Source: Azolla caroliniana
Taxonomy: Eukaryota > Plantae > Polypodiophyta
Assembly (NCBI GenBank): GCA_043228905.1
Contig: JBHGNT010000012.1
Coordinates: forward strand, 14,694,001-14,758,000
Direction of reading: 5' to 3'
Length of the DNA: 64,000 bases
Shown one piece after another: positions 45,970 through 59,200 of the stretch. Every line of letters begins with the position of its first letter. Within the stretch, counting starts at the first letter, position 1. The notes beneath the pieces are model-generated. The model was not told the DNA's origin. It did not search any database and saw only the letters and a list, made by a program, of their open reading frames with translations. The translations under genes were made by a program, and so were the position numbers.

Positions 45970-48900
45970 TGTAGAAAGTAGCGTGCGGAAGCAAGTATGA
46001 AGACCGAACAGAAGAGAGGAAAAATCAGGTTTAATGGAGAGCTTGAGCTTACACGGTATACACAGGAGAGACAGAGAGAGAAACACAAAAAATATATTCA
46101 ACAATAATACTCAGTCTGTACATAAGACGTGCTCAGTGAGCACTTTTATACAAGTCCTAGAAGGACTGACCGAAGTACTGAAAGTACTTCAATGCTCATC
46201 AAGAGCTCCTACACTAGCTCCCAAATATAGTCCTCATAGAATATCTTTCCTAACGACCTCCCGGTTTATGTACTCGGCCTGACCGATCGGTCCCAACCGA
46301 TCCGGTCCTCGGCTTCTTCAGCCGATCCGGCTGATATTGAGCTTATCCCTCAACACTCCCCCTCAAGCTCAACTTGAGGCTCTTCGGGATCCTCGGGCTC
46401 ACAACTCTGGTTCCTCCTGGCTTCACGCCTTGCTCGCGCTCCTCGACCTATTCTACTCTGCGCGCTTCGACCCTTCCGGTCGGCTTGTCTGCTCATGCGG
46501 CCCTTATCAGGTCTTCTGTTGTTGCGGTGTTGACGCTTCTCCTGCTGCCGTTTCTTCCGCTTGGGCCTCGGTTGGTTCAGCGTGTCTGAATCAAACATCC
46601 GAACTGACTCGGCTACCTCCGATCGGTTTTCGCTCTCGTCCGAGTTGGCTGTCTCCAACTCGTCTTCGGTCTTCTCGCCCTGGATGGCATCGTCTCCCCT
46701 ATGCGTGGTTGGCTTCGGCTCTCTCATTCGGCTGCTCCCCTTCTGTCTGCTTCTGAACTTTTCCGCGGGTCCGCCCTCGGCTTCTTCAGCCAATCTGATG
46801 TTGAACTTGTCAACCGAGTCTACCGACTCGGACTCGGTGTCGCGGTCTCCGCTCCTTTCCTGTTGCCTTGCTTGGTCGTTCGGGACTGTTCTCCCCCTCA
46901 AGTTCGGCACATCGAGGTGACGCAACCCGAGCGCACCTGAGAATTGCCGCAACTTGTCCAGACCAAGAGGCTTGGTGAAGATGTCGGCAGTTTGCCGATC
47001 CGTCAGAACGTACTGAAGTTCGACTTCACTGGAAAGGACACACTCACGGACGAAATGGTAGTGCACCTCAATGTGCTTGGTCCCTCCATGGAAAACGGGG
47101 TTCTTTCCGAGCTGGATGTTGCTGAGGTTGTCGCAGTAGATCGTCGTCGGATCTGACACCTCCACTTGCAGGTCCTTAAGTAGCCGCTTCAACCATATGG
47201 CTTCACATGTCGCGACAGCCGCTCCTCAGTACTCAGCTTCGGTGCTCGACAGTGCAACTGTCGGATGCTTCTTACTGCTCCACGCGATCGCGGCACTCCC
47301 GAGGGAGAACGCATATCCAGACGTGGATCGGCGATCGGCGGCGTTGCCAGCCCAATCAGCATCAGTGTAGCCGACTAACTACTCGGCTGCACCGGTCCGA
47401 TATAGCAGTCTGCGGTCCTTAGTGCCGTTGACATACCGAAGTATGCGTTGCGCACACTGAAGGTGCTCCTCGGTAGGTCGCACCATGAACTGACTGATCA
47501 CTCTGACCGGATAACTGAGGTCGGGTCGGGTGATGGTCAAGTATATGAGGCTACCGACAATTTGTCGGAACCTCGTCGGGTCACATACCTTTCCCGTATC
47601 GGGACGAAGCTTGACGGTTCTGTCCAGAGGAGTCGAGATGGACTTACAGTCGGCCATCCTGAATTTGAAGAGCATACTCAGCATGTAATGACGTTGGCTG
47701 ATCAATATGCCTTCGGGGGTACGGATCACTTCGATCCCGAGGAAGTAATGAAGGTCCCCCAGATCCTTCATGTCGAACGATGCCACAAGCTCGAGCTTCA
47801 CAAGGTTGATTTCACCTAGGTCGGCGCCGATGATGACCAAGTCATCAACATATAGTAAAATACTAACCGGTCTGAGTCGACCTTTCCGGATAAACAGGGA
47901 AGAGTCCGATTTTGACGTGACGAAGCCCATCCGACGTAGTTGTTGCGTCATCTTCGCATTCCAGGCAAGCAGGGCTTGCTTCAGTCCGTAAAGGGACTTC
48001 TTCAGTCGGCATACTGCCGAGGAGTTCATTCCAGAGTGAAATCCGGGGGGCTGTACCATGTACTCTTGTTCCTCAAGGTCACCTTGCAGGAACACATTGT
48101 TTACATCCATCTGATGTAAGTGCCACCCCTTGGCCGCGGCTACCGCGAGCAAAACACGGACGGTCGTCATTTTCGCGACCGGCGCAAACGTCTCATCGTA
48201 GTCGATGCCATGTTTCTGCACGTAGCCCTTTGCCACTAGCCGAGCCTTGTACCGGTTGACCGAGCCATCGGTGTTGTACTTGACTTTGTACACCCATCTA
48301 CACCTGATCGGCTTCACACCCTTCGGTGCGTCAACAAGGTCCCAGGTCTCGTTCTCCGCCAATGCGTGCATCTCTCCCTCCATCGCGGCACGCCAAGTCG
48401 CGTCTTTAGCCGCTTCTGCATAGCTCTCCGGTTCACGCACTTCCGCTACACAGGTCATGTACGCATAATGATGTGCCATGTACTCGTTGTATCCGAACCG
48501 CACAACTGGGTTCTTTTGGCGGGTAGATCGGCGTAATCTCACATCAGCCAATGTCGAGGCCTTCTCGGCCAACGCGGTCTCCATCTTTAAAGACTTGTCA
48601 CCGGTTCCCTCAGAGTCAGACTCGCTTTGGTCAGACTTGTTCCTTTCCGTGCCGGAATCCGACACTCTCTTCTTCCCTTTCTCCTTGCGCGTAAGCCGTT
48701 TCCTCGGCTTCCTGCGCGGGGAATGCACGGCCGAGTCTCCACTACTCGCCGGCTCTTCATCGGACACTTGTACCGACTCAGTCGTCCAATTGGTCCACTT
48801 AACTAGAGTGAAATCGGACTCTCTTTGCGGGTCTCGATTTCTGGCTCATCCGGAGGCATCTCAGCCTCGCTGACCTCATCGTCAGAACTCGTATTGGAGT

Positions 48901-51636
48901 CAGGGTTCCGAGTCGGGGGCAGGTACCAGGACGTGGACTCGTCAAACACAACGTCGCGGCTGACACGCGCTTGTTTGGTGCGAGGGTTATAGCACTTATA
49001 ACCCTTCTGCTCGTCCGAGTAACCGACCAAGATGCTCTTCTCGGCCTTTGCGTCCAGCTTCCTCCTTTTCTCCTTCGGTACATGCACATACGCAATGCTA
49101 CCGAACACCCTCAAGTGTCGCAAGTTTGGCTTCGTTCCGAAATATAGCTCGTGCGCCGACACTTTGTCTCCGATCCGGTTCTTGATGTATACCGCGGTCC
49201 TTACCGCCTCGGCCCAGTAGAACTTGGGCAAGCTCTTCTCCTCCAGCATTGCCTATGCCGCTTCCACAACTGACCGATTCTTTCTCTTGGCCACGCCGTT
49301 CTGCTCTGGCGTGTATCTACAACGGAATTCGCGGCAAATTCCCATTTGGTGTAGATAACCGTTGAATTGACCAGAAAAGTACTCTTTTCCGCCATCCGAC
49401 CGCAAGCACTTGATCTTTCGTCCCGTTTCGGCTTCCACAAACCCTTTGAGGTCCCGGAAACAGTCGAAGACTTCACTCTTCCTCTCAATGAGGTAGATCC
49501 ACGTGTGCCGCGTGTGGTCGTCGATGAAGGAGACGAAATATCGGCTCTCACCAAGACTAACGTTTTGTGTCGGCCCCCATACATCGGAGTGTATAAGGTC
49601 GAGCTTGTTCCGGCTCCGGTTTCGCTCGTAGGGGAAGGGAAGTCGGTGTTGCTTCCCGAGCTGGCAGGCTTCACAAATTTGTGCCTTTTGGCCACTACAT
49701 TTGGGCAAACCGAACACTACCTATTTCATTTGCAGATCTTGAAGCCGCTGGTAGTTGACGTGGCCTATCCGCTTGTGCCACAAGTCGATGTCCGACTCGG
49801 TCTTTTGTCCCTTCGCGAACATTGTGGTGCCGCCGTCAGTGGAGTCGAGGATGAACATCCTCCCGTCTCTGCGCCCTTGCGCAATCACATGGCCTTCTTC
49901 CTCAATGAAGCACCCGAGGTGTGTAAACCGAACCTCCATCCCTTGGTCGACGATCTGTCCGACCGAGACCAAGTTCTTCGTGATTGTCGGAACGTGCAAC
50001 ACGTTCTTGAGTTTCCCTTTCTGCCCGACATGGCTAAGGGGAAATTCTCCGACATTCGCGATCGGATGCAGAGTGTCGTCTCCTGTTGCGACTACTCCCG
50101 GTTGTATCGGTTTTTCAAGGTACGAGAACCACTCCTTATGGCTCGTCATGTGGTTTGACACGCCGGAGTTTACGTACCACACCTCGTCCGATCACGGGGT
50201 GCTCTATTTCATTGAGTTTTCTTCGTGTCTCGTCACGAAGACAGACCCTTCTCCGGCTCTCCCGGAGTCTTCGGCGTAGTGCTTTTGCTGCCGACTTCCC
50301 TTGTCGGTATTTCTGGAGCCATTTCTCTCTGAATCGGCGCGCTTCTTCCAGCACTCACTTTTCTTGTGGCTTTTCTTGCCACAATACCAGCACTCCGCGA
50401 TGGACTTCCCTTGCCGGTTCTCATCGCTTCGACTCCCCCTGTTTCCGGAGGGTCCGGAGTTGCTATGGGCATTACTTCGGTGCCTTCTTCCTTGATCTCG
50501 TCGGCCGCCTCCATTGCCCGCCGACTCGCCTCGTCCTCCATGTCCACGGGGCCTATCTCCCTCCGTGTACAACATTCTGCTATCGATGTGCGTGCTTGTA
50601 GACGCACCCGCGTGGTTCTCCTCTACCAAGAGCATTGACTGTAAGTCAAAAAAGGACGACGTATTCTCCCGGGTACACACAGCCGTTCGGAACGCTCCGA
50701 ACTTCGACGCCAAACCTCCAAGACAGATCTGGACCATCTCGCTCTCCTCGATGTTCACCTCTATGGAGGCGAGGGAGTCGCAGATATCCTTGATCTTCGA
50801 GGTATAGTCTGCCACCGACAAGTCGCGTTGTCGTAGGTTGCTCAACTCTTGTCAGAGCTGAAGCTTCCTGGCTGTGGTGCTCGCGGCTAAAATCTTCTTC
50901 AGATTTTCCCACGCACTCTTCGGCGTCTTTGCATCCCGAACATAGCTCAATAGTTGTTCGCCCACACACGACGCGAAGCAGTATAGTACCCTGCTCGCTG
51001 ATTGCTCCCACGACGGGAAGTCTCTGTGTGTCGATTTGGGTGCCGCGTCATTAGCTCCTTCGACATAACTCAAGTAGCCGTGCCCGAGCAGGTACTAGTG
51101 AATCTTGTAGGACCAAGACACGTAGTTGGTTCTATCGAGCTTCTCTGTTGGAAGCAAGCTCGTCATGCCTCTATCCATCGTTCTTCTTGTTCTTCTTCGT
51201 CAAGCTGTGTCGGCTGCAGAGAGGTTCTCAACCCTCGCGCTCTGATACCATGTAGAAAGTAGCGTGCGGAAGCAAGTATGAAGACCGAACAGAAGAGAGG
51301 AAAACTCAGGTTTAATGGAGAGCTTGAGCTTACACGATATACACAGGAGAGACAGAGAGAGAAACACAAAAAATATATTCAACAATAATACTCAGTCTGT
51401 ACATAAGACGTGCTCAGTGAGCACTTTTATACAAGTCCTAGAAGGACTGACCGAAGTACTGAAAGTACTTCAATGCTCATCAAGAGCTCCTACACTAACT
51501 CCCAAATATAGTCCTCATAGAATATCTTTCCTAACGACCTCCCGGTTTATGTACTCGGCTTGACCGATCGGTCCCAACCGATCCGGTCCTCGGCTTCTTC
51601 AACTGATCCGGCCGATGTTGAGCTTGTCTCTCAACA
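45970..51636 (-). mobile_element. Full-length Ty1/copia element V (a few stops/frameshifts)
   Basis: 386-bp LTRs 45970-46355 and 51251-51636 (~10 differences by eye); TSD AGTTC; PBS 51239-51250; PPT 46356-46364; gag, PR, INT, RT (LYVDD) and RH ORFs. Confidence 0.96.
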
Positions 51637-51756
51637 AGTTCTTTATGACCCAACCCCCGGTTTCCAGTCGGAGATGAACAAGTCGGCGGTATGCCGGCAG
51701 AAGAAGTCACTTTATGGCCTGAAGTAAGCCCCCCGAGCTTGGAATGCGAAGATCAA

Positions 51757-51779
51757 CCCTAAACCCTAAACCCTAAACC
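51757..51779. repeat. Short interstitial telomeric tract (CCCTAAA)3CC inside the copia Y RT
   Basis: Sits between codons KI and RLR; absent from the homologous sites in W and V. Confidence 0.92.
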
Positions 51780-52153
51780 GGTTGCGTAAGATGGGGTTTG
51801 CGGCCTCTAAGTCCGACTCTTCATTGTTCATCCAGCAAGGTCTGGATGGTCCGGTTTGCATCTTGTTGTATGTTGATGATCTAGTCGATGAAATCAGCCA
51901 AGTGAATTCCCAGCTGTCAGACGCATTTGAGATGAAGGAACTAGGGAACCTTCACTATTTCCTTGGGATCGAGGTGATCCGAACCCCCGACGGCATATTT
52001 CTCTCCCAAAGACACTATGTGTTGAATATGTTGTTCAAGTTCGGCATGATGAAATGCCGACCGATCTTCACACCCCTGGACCGAAACCAGAAGCTCCGTC
52101 TTGACTCCGGACTGGCCTACGATGAGAAGTGGTTCCAACAAAACGTTGGAAAC

Positions 52154-52514
52154 CTTATATATTTGACAATCACCCGACCCGATATCAATTATCCGGTCGG
52201 CGTGATCAACCAATATATGCATAAGCCGACCGTGGAGCACCTTCTGTGCGCGTCTCGAATTTTGCGATATGTCATCGGCACGAAGGACCGAGGACTGTTA
52301 TACCAGCATGGTATAACCAAAGAGCTAGTCCGCTCTTATATATTTGACAATCACCCGACTCGATATCAGTTATCCGGTCAGCGTGATCAGCCAATATATG
52401 CATAAGCTGACCGTGGAGCACCTTCTGTGCGTGCATCGAATTTTGCGATATGTCATCAACGCGAACGACCGGGGACTGTTATACAGGCATGGTATAACTG
52501 AAGAGCTAGTCGGC
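52154..52514. repeat. ~181-bp tandem duplication in the copia Y RT
   Basis: cttatatatttgacaatcacccgac at 52154 and 52335. Confidence 0.88.
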
Positions 52515-54064
52515 TACACCGATGCCAACTAGGCCGGCGATGCATCGGATCGCCGATCCATCTCTAGCTATATGTTTTCCCTTGGTAGCGCGGCTGTTGC
52601 ATGGAGCAGCAAAAGCGGCCAATAGTGGCCCTTTCGAGCACTGAGGCTGAATACCGGGGCGCTACCGTTGCCAACTGTGAAGCCATTTGGCTTCGGCAAC
52701 TACTGCAAGACTTGTGGATCGAGGTGCCGACCCTGATCCTAATCTACTACGACAACATAAGTAGCATGCAACTCACCAAGAATCCCGTATTCCATGCTCG
52801 CACAAAGCACATAGAAGTGCACTACCACTTCGTGTGTGATCGTGTCCTGAGCGGTGAAGTCGAACTTCAGTATGTTCATATAGATAGGTAAGTTGCCGAC
52901 TTCTTCACCAAACCGCACGGATCAGACAAGTTGTAACACTTCACCAAAATGCTTGGTGTTCAGCATCTTGACGTGCCACACTTGAAGGGGAGAACGGGCA
53001 AAGGCAAAGAGACTGCTGATTGCGCCGGTGAGGGAAGAACCGACAAAGGCAGAGACAAGAAGAAGAACGGAGACGAGTCGAGAAAGGAAGTTGTCACATC
53101 CGAACAAGTTGGAACAAGCGGCAGCAGCGACAGAGTCAAGAAGGACAAAGCCGACCTGAGGAAGAAGGCCAAGACCTCGACCGGAGATGGTCCGATGTGG
53201 TGAAGGGCTTGGAACGGGAAAACAAATCGGGAGTGACCGATTCAGACAAGAGCTGGAACGAATCGGAGACATCTGATTTGGTCCAACAGACGGACTCGGA
53301 AGAACCAGATCAATTCAAGGCCAAGAGGACGAGAAACCAGCAAAAGTCGACGCCAACACAAAGGAATCGGCAAATCGGCAAGCGCTGAAGTTACAACAGC
53401 AAGGGAGCTGATTGGGCCTTTTGACCAGACAAGCGGATTGAGGAGGTCGAGGTGTGAAGAATCAGAAGGATCGCAACAAACGGAATTGGACCGGGCGAGG
53501 AGTGCGAGCAAGGCGGAGTGACGCCAAAAGGAGTCGGGTGGAAGGACCGGCTACCATAGACACTGACACTACGATCCAACCTCAAGTTGAGCTTGAGGGT
53601 GAGTGTTGAGCGGCAAGCTCAACCGGATCCGGATTGGCTGAACAAGCCTGAGCTGGATTGGTGAGTTGGTGAGCTGGGGAGCCGGTTAGTTGGATCAAGC
53701 AGTAACCGGAAGCGTAGTAATAGCCTAGACTACTAGGTAGTTAATGTCTCGTAGTTAGTGTCACACGCTCGTGTGAGCATTGAAGTACATTGTACTTCTA
53801 TCAGTCCTCTTAAGACTTGTATAAATAGTGTTGTTGAGCACGTTGTAGACACAGAGAATTTTACAGAGTTGTTGATAATAGATTTAAGTTGTTCTGCATT
53901 TTCTCTGTCACACCTGCGTACCTTTTGTGTGTTAATCTCTCTCGCTCTCTCTATTGCTATCCGGCTAAACTGGTTGTCTAACACTTCCGCACCTTCATTT
54001 TAATATGACTACATGGCATATCATTATGCAATCATGATGAAGGTGGTGATAGTCCGAGAGCCGG

Positions 54065-54730
54065 TGTTGTGCCTTTCGGCTTCGGATCGTTGCGTGAATC
54101 GGGCGGGAACTACTGAGCTTTTGGACTAGGAGAAAAGAAAAGTATAAGGCAATTAAGAATATGAAATATATTGTAAGAAAGAAAGATATGAAAAACTCGT
54201 GAATCCCACGAGTATAGTGTATTAGTGAGTACTCAGATTTAAGAGAGAAAAATAGTTAGCAAATTCGTGAATCCCACGAATAGATTATATTAATCAACCC
54301 TTGTAAAATAATCAACAACCTTATACATATTTCTCTCCTCCTTATATAAGGATGGGAGAGGCTAAGCATGGCTTCCTGCTTTCCCTAAAAGTGTTCATGC
54401 ACACTAGATGTGCATGAGTAATATTTTATTGGTTTACATTTTTCTTATAAATAAAGTATTCACGTACTTTAAAAATGCATGACTTACTTTTTTAATAAAG
54501 GTAGGCGTAAATAAAGGTCTTATAGGTATTAAATCTATATTTAGAACACTAAGGATAAGTTAGTACAATGGTAAAGTTGGGGTTTGTCTACGTGGAGGTA
54601 TAGGGTTTGAATCCTGCCCTATCCACGTAATAAATATTTTTTTTAATATTTTTATTTATTTATTATACGTACTTTAAATCAGATATAGTATTTTACATAT
54701 TTCACATAGTGTGTGATTGACACTACGACA
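54065..54730 (-). mobile_element. Solo LTR of gypsy G3 with 4-bp TSD CCGG
   Basis: TG...CA termini; CCGG at 54061-54064 and 54731-54734; removing the LTR and one CCGG restores the host reading VREPET. Confidence 0.92.
54553..54625 (+). other. 73-nt tRNA-like module in the G3 LTR (second copy ~30365-30437, minus)
   Basis: GGATAAG/CCTATCC-A acceptor-like stem (6 of 7 pairs), TAGTACAATGGTA A-box, GGTTTGAATCC B-box. Confidence 0.62.
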
Positions 54731-56269
54731 CCGGAAACTGTTTCCGAAGCCGCGAAGGACTTGTGATGGGTCGAAGCGATTAACGAGGAGATGCAAGCAC
54801 TCTCCAGAAATGAGACATGGGGTTTTGTTCCCTCTTTACTCCATCAAAAGGCAATCAAATGTCGATGGATATTCAAGGTGAAGCATAATGCCCACGGCAC
54901 CGTTAATCGGTATAAGGCCTGGCTCGCCTCTCTACGGCCTGAAACAAGCACTGAGAGCATGGCATTTGAAGATAACTCAATATCTTCACTAAATCGGCTT
55001 CAGAATGTGTAAGTCTGACAATTCCCCATTCATTCGGAATGACTCCAGAGGACAACTATTCATTATAATCTATGTGGATGACTTGGTCATTGGAGGAGAG
55101 CACATCGGGGATATCGAACATACAAAGAAGCTACCTTCGGGCTATTTCGAAATGAAAGACATGAAGGAGCTTCATTACTTTCTCGGGATAGAAGTAATTC
55201 GAACTCCTGATGACATTTTGATTTCCCAATGACACTATATCCTTAATATTCTATAGAAGTATGGGATGACAAAGTGTAAGACCGTCGCTACGGCTCTCGA
55301 TCGAAACCTAAAGCTAGAAGCCAAGTTTGGCACAAAAGTGTGTGAGCCGACTCTCGATCATCAACTAATCAGAAGCCTAATCTATCTCACTGTCACCTGA
55401 CCCGATTTCAATTACTTGGTCGACCTCCTTAGCTAGTTCATGCAAACTCCACATGACATTCATCTCGATTGTGCTAAGCGAGTACTAAGGTATGTGAGTG
55501 GGACGATGGATTTCAGCATCATCTACAGATCGACCACACCGATTCGACTCGAAGGGTACACCAATGCTACTTCGGCAGGCTACACAAATGATAGATGATC
55601 AACATCGGGATTTGTATTCTCTCTCGGCAACAACGCCATATCGTGGAGCACTGTCAAGCACAGGAGCCGAATATAGGGGTGAGGCCTTAACCGCATATGA
55701 AGTTGTTTGGCTCAAGAGAATATTAGAGGATCTGAGCATTCCCATCAAGGATGCGATTCTCCTATATTGCGACAACATGAGAAGCTAAAACTAACCACAT
55801 TGAGGTGCACTATCATTTCATCTGAGAACATGTCCTGGACAGAAATGTCGACTTGCAACACATCAACACGAATCTACAGACGGTTGACATCCTCACAAAG
55901 ACCATGGGCGCTGACAAGCTATGGCAGTTCAAGACAAACCTTGGTCTCTCGACTACCGACCAACTGATCTTGAGGGGGAGTATGGATAAGGAGTCAAGGA
56001 TCCGTCCGACGTGATGTCAATTGAAGACCACATTGAGTGAGCCGGCTATCCAAAGCCGAAGCCGGATCCGACTCAAAACCGAGCCGAAGACTTGTCTGAA
56101 CCAACTTTTCGGCGACCGGAAGTTGTGTTTGAGGGGGTGTGTTGAGAATTGATGATGAGAGAAATAAAAAAGATAGATAAGAGAAGAGGAATAGAAAAGA
56201 ATACTTCAATATACTATTAGGAAAACAATACAATCCTCTTATACTCCAAAAGTAACAACCCCAAATAAC

Positions 56270-59200
56270 TGTTGGGATTACGGTCCCTTCGGATGGGATG
56301 GTCGGATGTCGGAGATGAATGCCGACAAGCCCGGTTTCGGTTTCGGAACCGGATGATGAAGACCCCGACTTCGGAGTCGGATGACGAATGTACCCGAAGA
56401 AGAGATCCGGATGCAGGGACATATCCGTGAATATGTCTGCTAAGGGCCCCCCCCCTGAGGCTATAGTTGTAAATAGCCCTAAAGTCATATATGTATAAAT
56501 ATGACTTAGGGCAAACAGTTTTTGTGTTGCTATTCATTTTTCTGTTTTTCCACTCTAGAGGAGTGAAGAGAGAGAGCAGCCGTGAGAGAGAGAGAGATAG
56601 ATCGCGAGAGAGAGAGAGAGGAAGAGGTCGACGCCTCTGTGTATTTCCGCCGCCTGTGGCGAGGACAGCGAGCTCAAGGTCGTCGCCTTGCAGCTCGCCA
56701 TTGTATACTTCTTTTGTATAGTGTTGGTTTGGAGTCTTGTACTCCCGTGGTTTTTCCCATCTAGGGTTTTCCACGTTAATCCTTGTGTTCGCGTTTTGTT
56801 TCTTCGTTTGGTTCCTATTTTCTGCTGCATTGATCCGCGATTACTCGGTTGTGGCCGAGTGGTGAAGGTGAATCGAAGCGTTGATTCCCAACAAACTGGT
56901 ATCAGAGCGAACTGCTGCAGAAAATGGAAGGCGGCGGCAGCGGGCAGCCGGGGATGATGGTGCTGAATGCGCAGAATTACGCCGACTGGAAGATCAAGAT
57001 GGAGGATCTTCTGATTGTTCGGGACCTGTACGAACCGATTGACAGGTCGGAAATACCGAAAGGGGTACTTGAGTCGGAGTGGAAGCTCCTGAACCGGAAA
57101 GCCGTAGCGACGATCCGACAATATGTCGATGTAAGCGTCCTACAACATGTGGCGAACGACACCAACGCATATGAGATGTGGAAGAAGCTGTCGGGCCTCT
57201 ACGAGAGGAAGAATGCGTTGAACCGGACCTCCCTGATGAGGAAGATAGTGAACCTCAAGTATCGAGACGGCGAGAGTATGGTGGAACACGTAAGCACGTT
57301 CATGGGATTCGTGAATCAGCTTGCGGCGATTAAGTTCCCGTTGGAGGATGCAATGCAAGCCATCATCCTGATGTGTACATTGCCGGAAAGCTGGGAGAAC
57401 TTGGTGGTGACTCTCAGCACCTCCTGCACAGAAGATAACTTGTCCTTGCAAACGGTAAAGACGAGTATTTTGAATGAAGAAGCGCGTCGGAGAGATAAAG
57501 AACCGGCCTCCGACCCGAAGGCGCTGCTTACCGAATCGGATCGGGGAAGACAATGGAACCGGAGTCCGCAAAGACGGGAGAAGTCGGGGACCCGGTCGCA
57601 GTCAAGAGGAAGGCCCACATGCTTCCACTGTGGGAAGCCGGGGCACTTCCGAAAGAATTGTCGGCATTACCGAAAAGACAACGGAGCCGACGACACCGAT
57701 TCGAAGAAGTCACCGGAGAGAAACGGTGCATACCGGGGAGCCACGGACCGGAGAGGTTCGGATCGGCGAGGGCAGGACAGGAAAGGAACGACGGCACTCA
57801 CGGCAAGTGAGGAAGAAATCATGGTCATCACCGAAGAAGGTGAACTAAACATTGCCGGCGATGAGACGACCTGGGTGGTCGATTCCGGAGCATCGTTCCA
57901 CCTGACCCCGGAGAGAAGATACTTCTCATCCTACACAGCCGGTGAGCATGGCTGTGTTCGGATGGGAAATGAAGGTACGTGCCGGATTGCCCGCATAGGA
58001 GACGTGTGGTTGACAACCCCGACCGGATGCAAAATGCTGCTGAAGGATGTCCGACACGTTCCGGAGGTTCGATTGAACCTGATTTCGGCCGGGAGGCTGG
58101 ACGATGAAGGCTACACAGGTAGCATCCGGAACGGCGTGATGAAGTTCAGCAAGGGGAGCCTGATAGTGGCTCGGGCCCGGAAAGACAACACACTGTACCT
58201 GATGAATGCCCGGTTATGTCCGGAAGAGCTGAATGTGGCAGCCGACACTGCCGGTGAGTTGTGGCACAAGAGACTGTGCCACATGAGTGAGAAGGGGATG
58301 AAGAGGCTTGCAGAAGACAACCTCATTCCAGTGAAGCATGTGCACCTGGAGAAGTGCACCGATTGCCTGGCCGGTAAGCAGAACCGAACCTCCTTCCACT
58401 CAAGGCCACCGACGAGACGTAGAGCACCATTGGAGTTGGTGCACACCGATGTGTGTCAGGTAGAAACGAAGTCACATGGCGGAGCCCAGTACTTCGTAAC
58501 ATTCATAGATGATCATAGCCGAAGACTGTGGACGGCACCGATGAAGACAAAGGACCACGTGTTGTCCGTCTTCAAAGAACTCCACGCGAGAGTGGAAAGA
58601 GAATCCGGCAAGAAGCTGAAAGCGATACGAGCGGATAACGGAGGGGAATACCGGGGACAGTTCCAGGAGTACTGTCGCTCGAAGGGAATCCGGCTCGAGT
58701 TTACTGTGCCGAAGACGCCGGAACTGAACGGGCTGGCCGAGAGGATGAACCGGACCATAATGGAGAGGGTCCGGAGTATGCTGGCGCATGCGAAATTACC
58801 CAAGGGGTTTTGGGCTGAGGCAATGTCGACGGCGACATATGTGATAAACCGATCACCCTCAGTACCTTTGGACGGAGACACGCCGCAGAGAGTGTGGACC
58901 GGTAGGGAAGTATCCTACCGGCATCTGAAGGTGTTCGGGTGTCTCGCATACGTGCATGTGGCAAAGGACCGGAGAGGAAAGCTAGATCCAAAGACCCGGC
59001 CATGCATATTCCTCGGTTACGGCGACGACGAGTTCGGCTACCGAGTATGGGACCCGGTCGACAAGAAGATATTCAGGAGTCGAGACATCATCTTCATGGA
59101 GGACAAGACACTCGCCGACTGGGAATCGGAGAAGAAGATGAAGAGCTCCAAGTCGACCGGTGAGGATCAACTCTACGAGGAGCAGTCCCGACCGGCAAGG

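Larger units (their letters stand above)
31535..54005 (+). mobile_element. Degenerate Ty1/copia element Y lacking its 5' LTR/PBS; hosts G4 and copia V
   Basis: gag LPMEKLDRSNYVSW from ~31537; protease WYVDSGASNHM; integrase split at GSIAY|VHV by G4; RT split at GDLEE by V; RNase H; PPT; 3' LTR 53604-54005. Confidence 0.88.
54006..56139 (+). pseudogene. Degenerate copia RT-RNase H, probable 3' half of element X
   Basis: DYMAYHYAIMMKVVIVRE|PETVSEAAK linker, IIIYVDD, RNase H remnants, PPT before 56140. Confidence 0.88.

Noticed and set aside
56217-57121. Antisense ORFs over the T2 LTRs (also 60838-61512)
   Set aside because: Run through GA microsatellites and flanking DNA, with no protein motifs.
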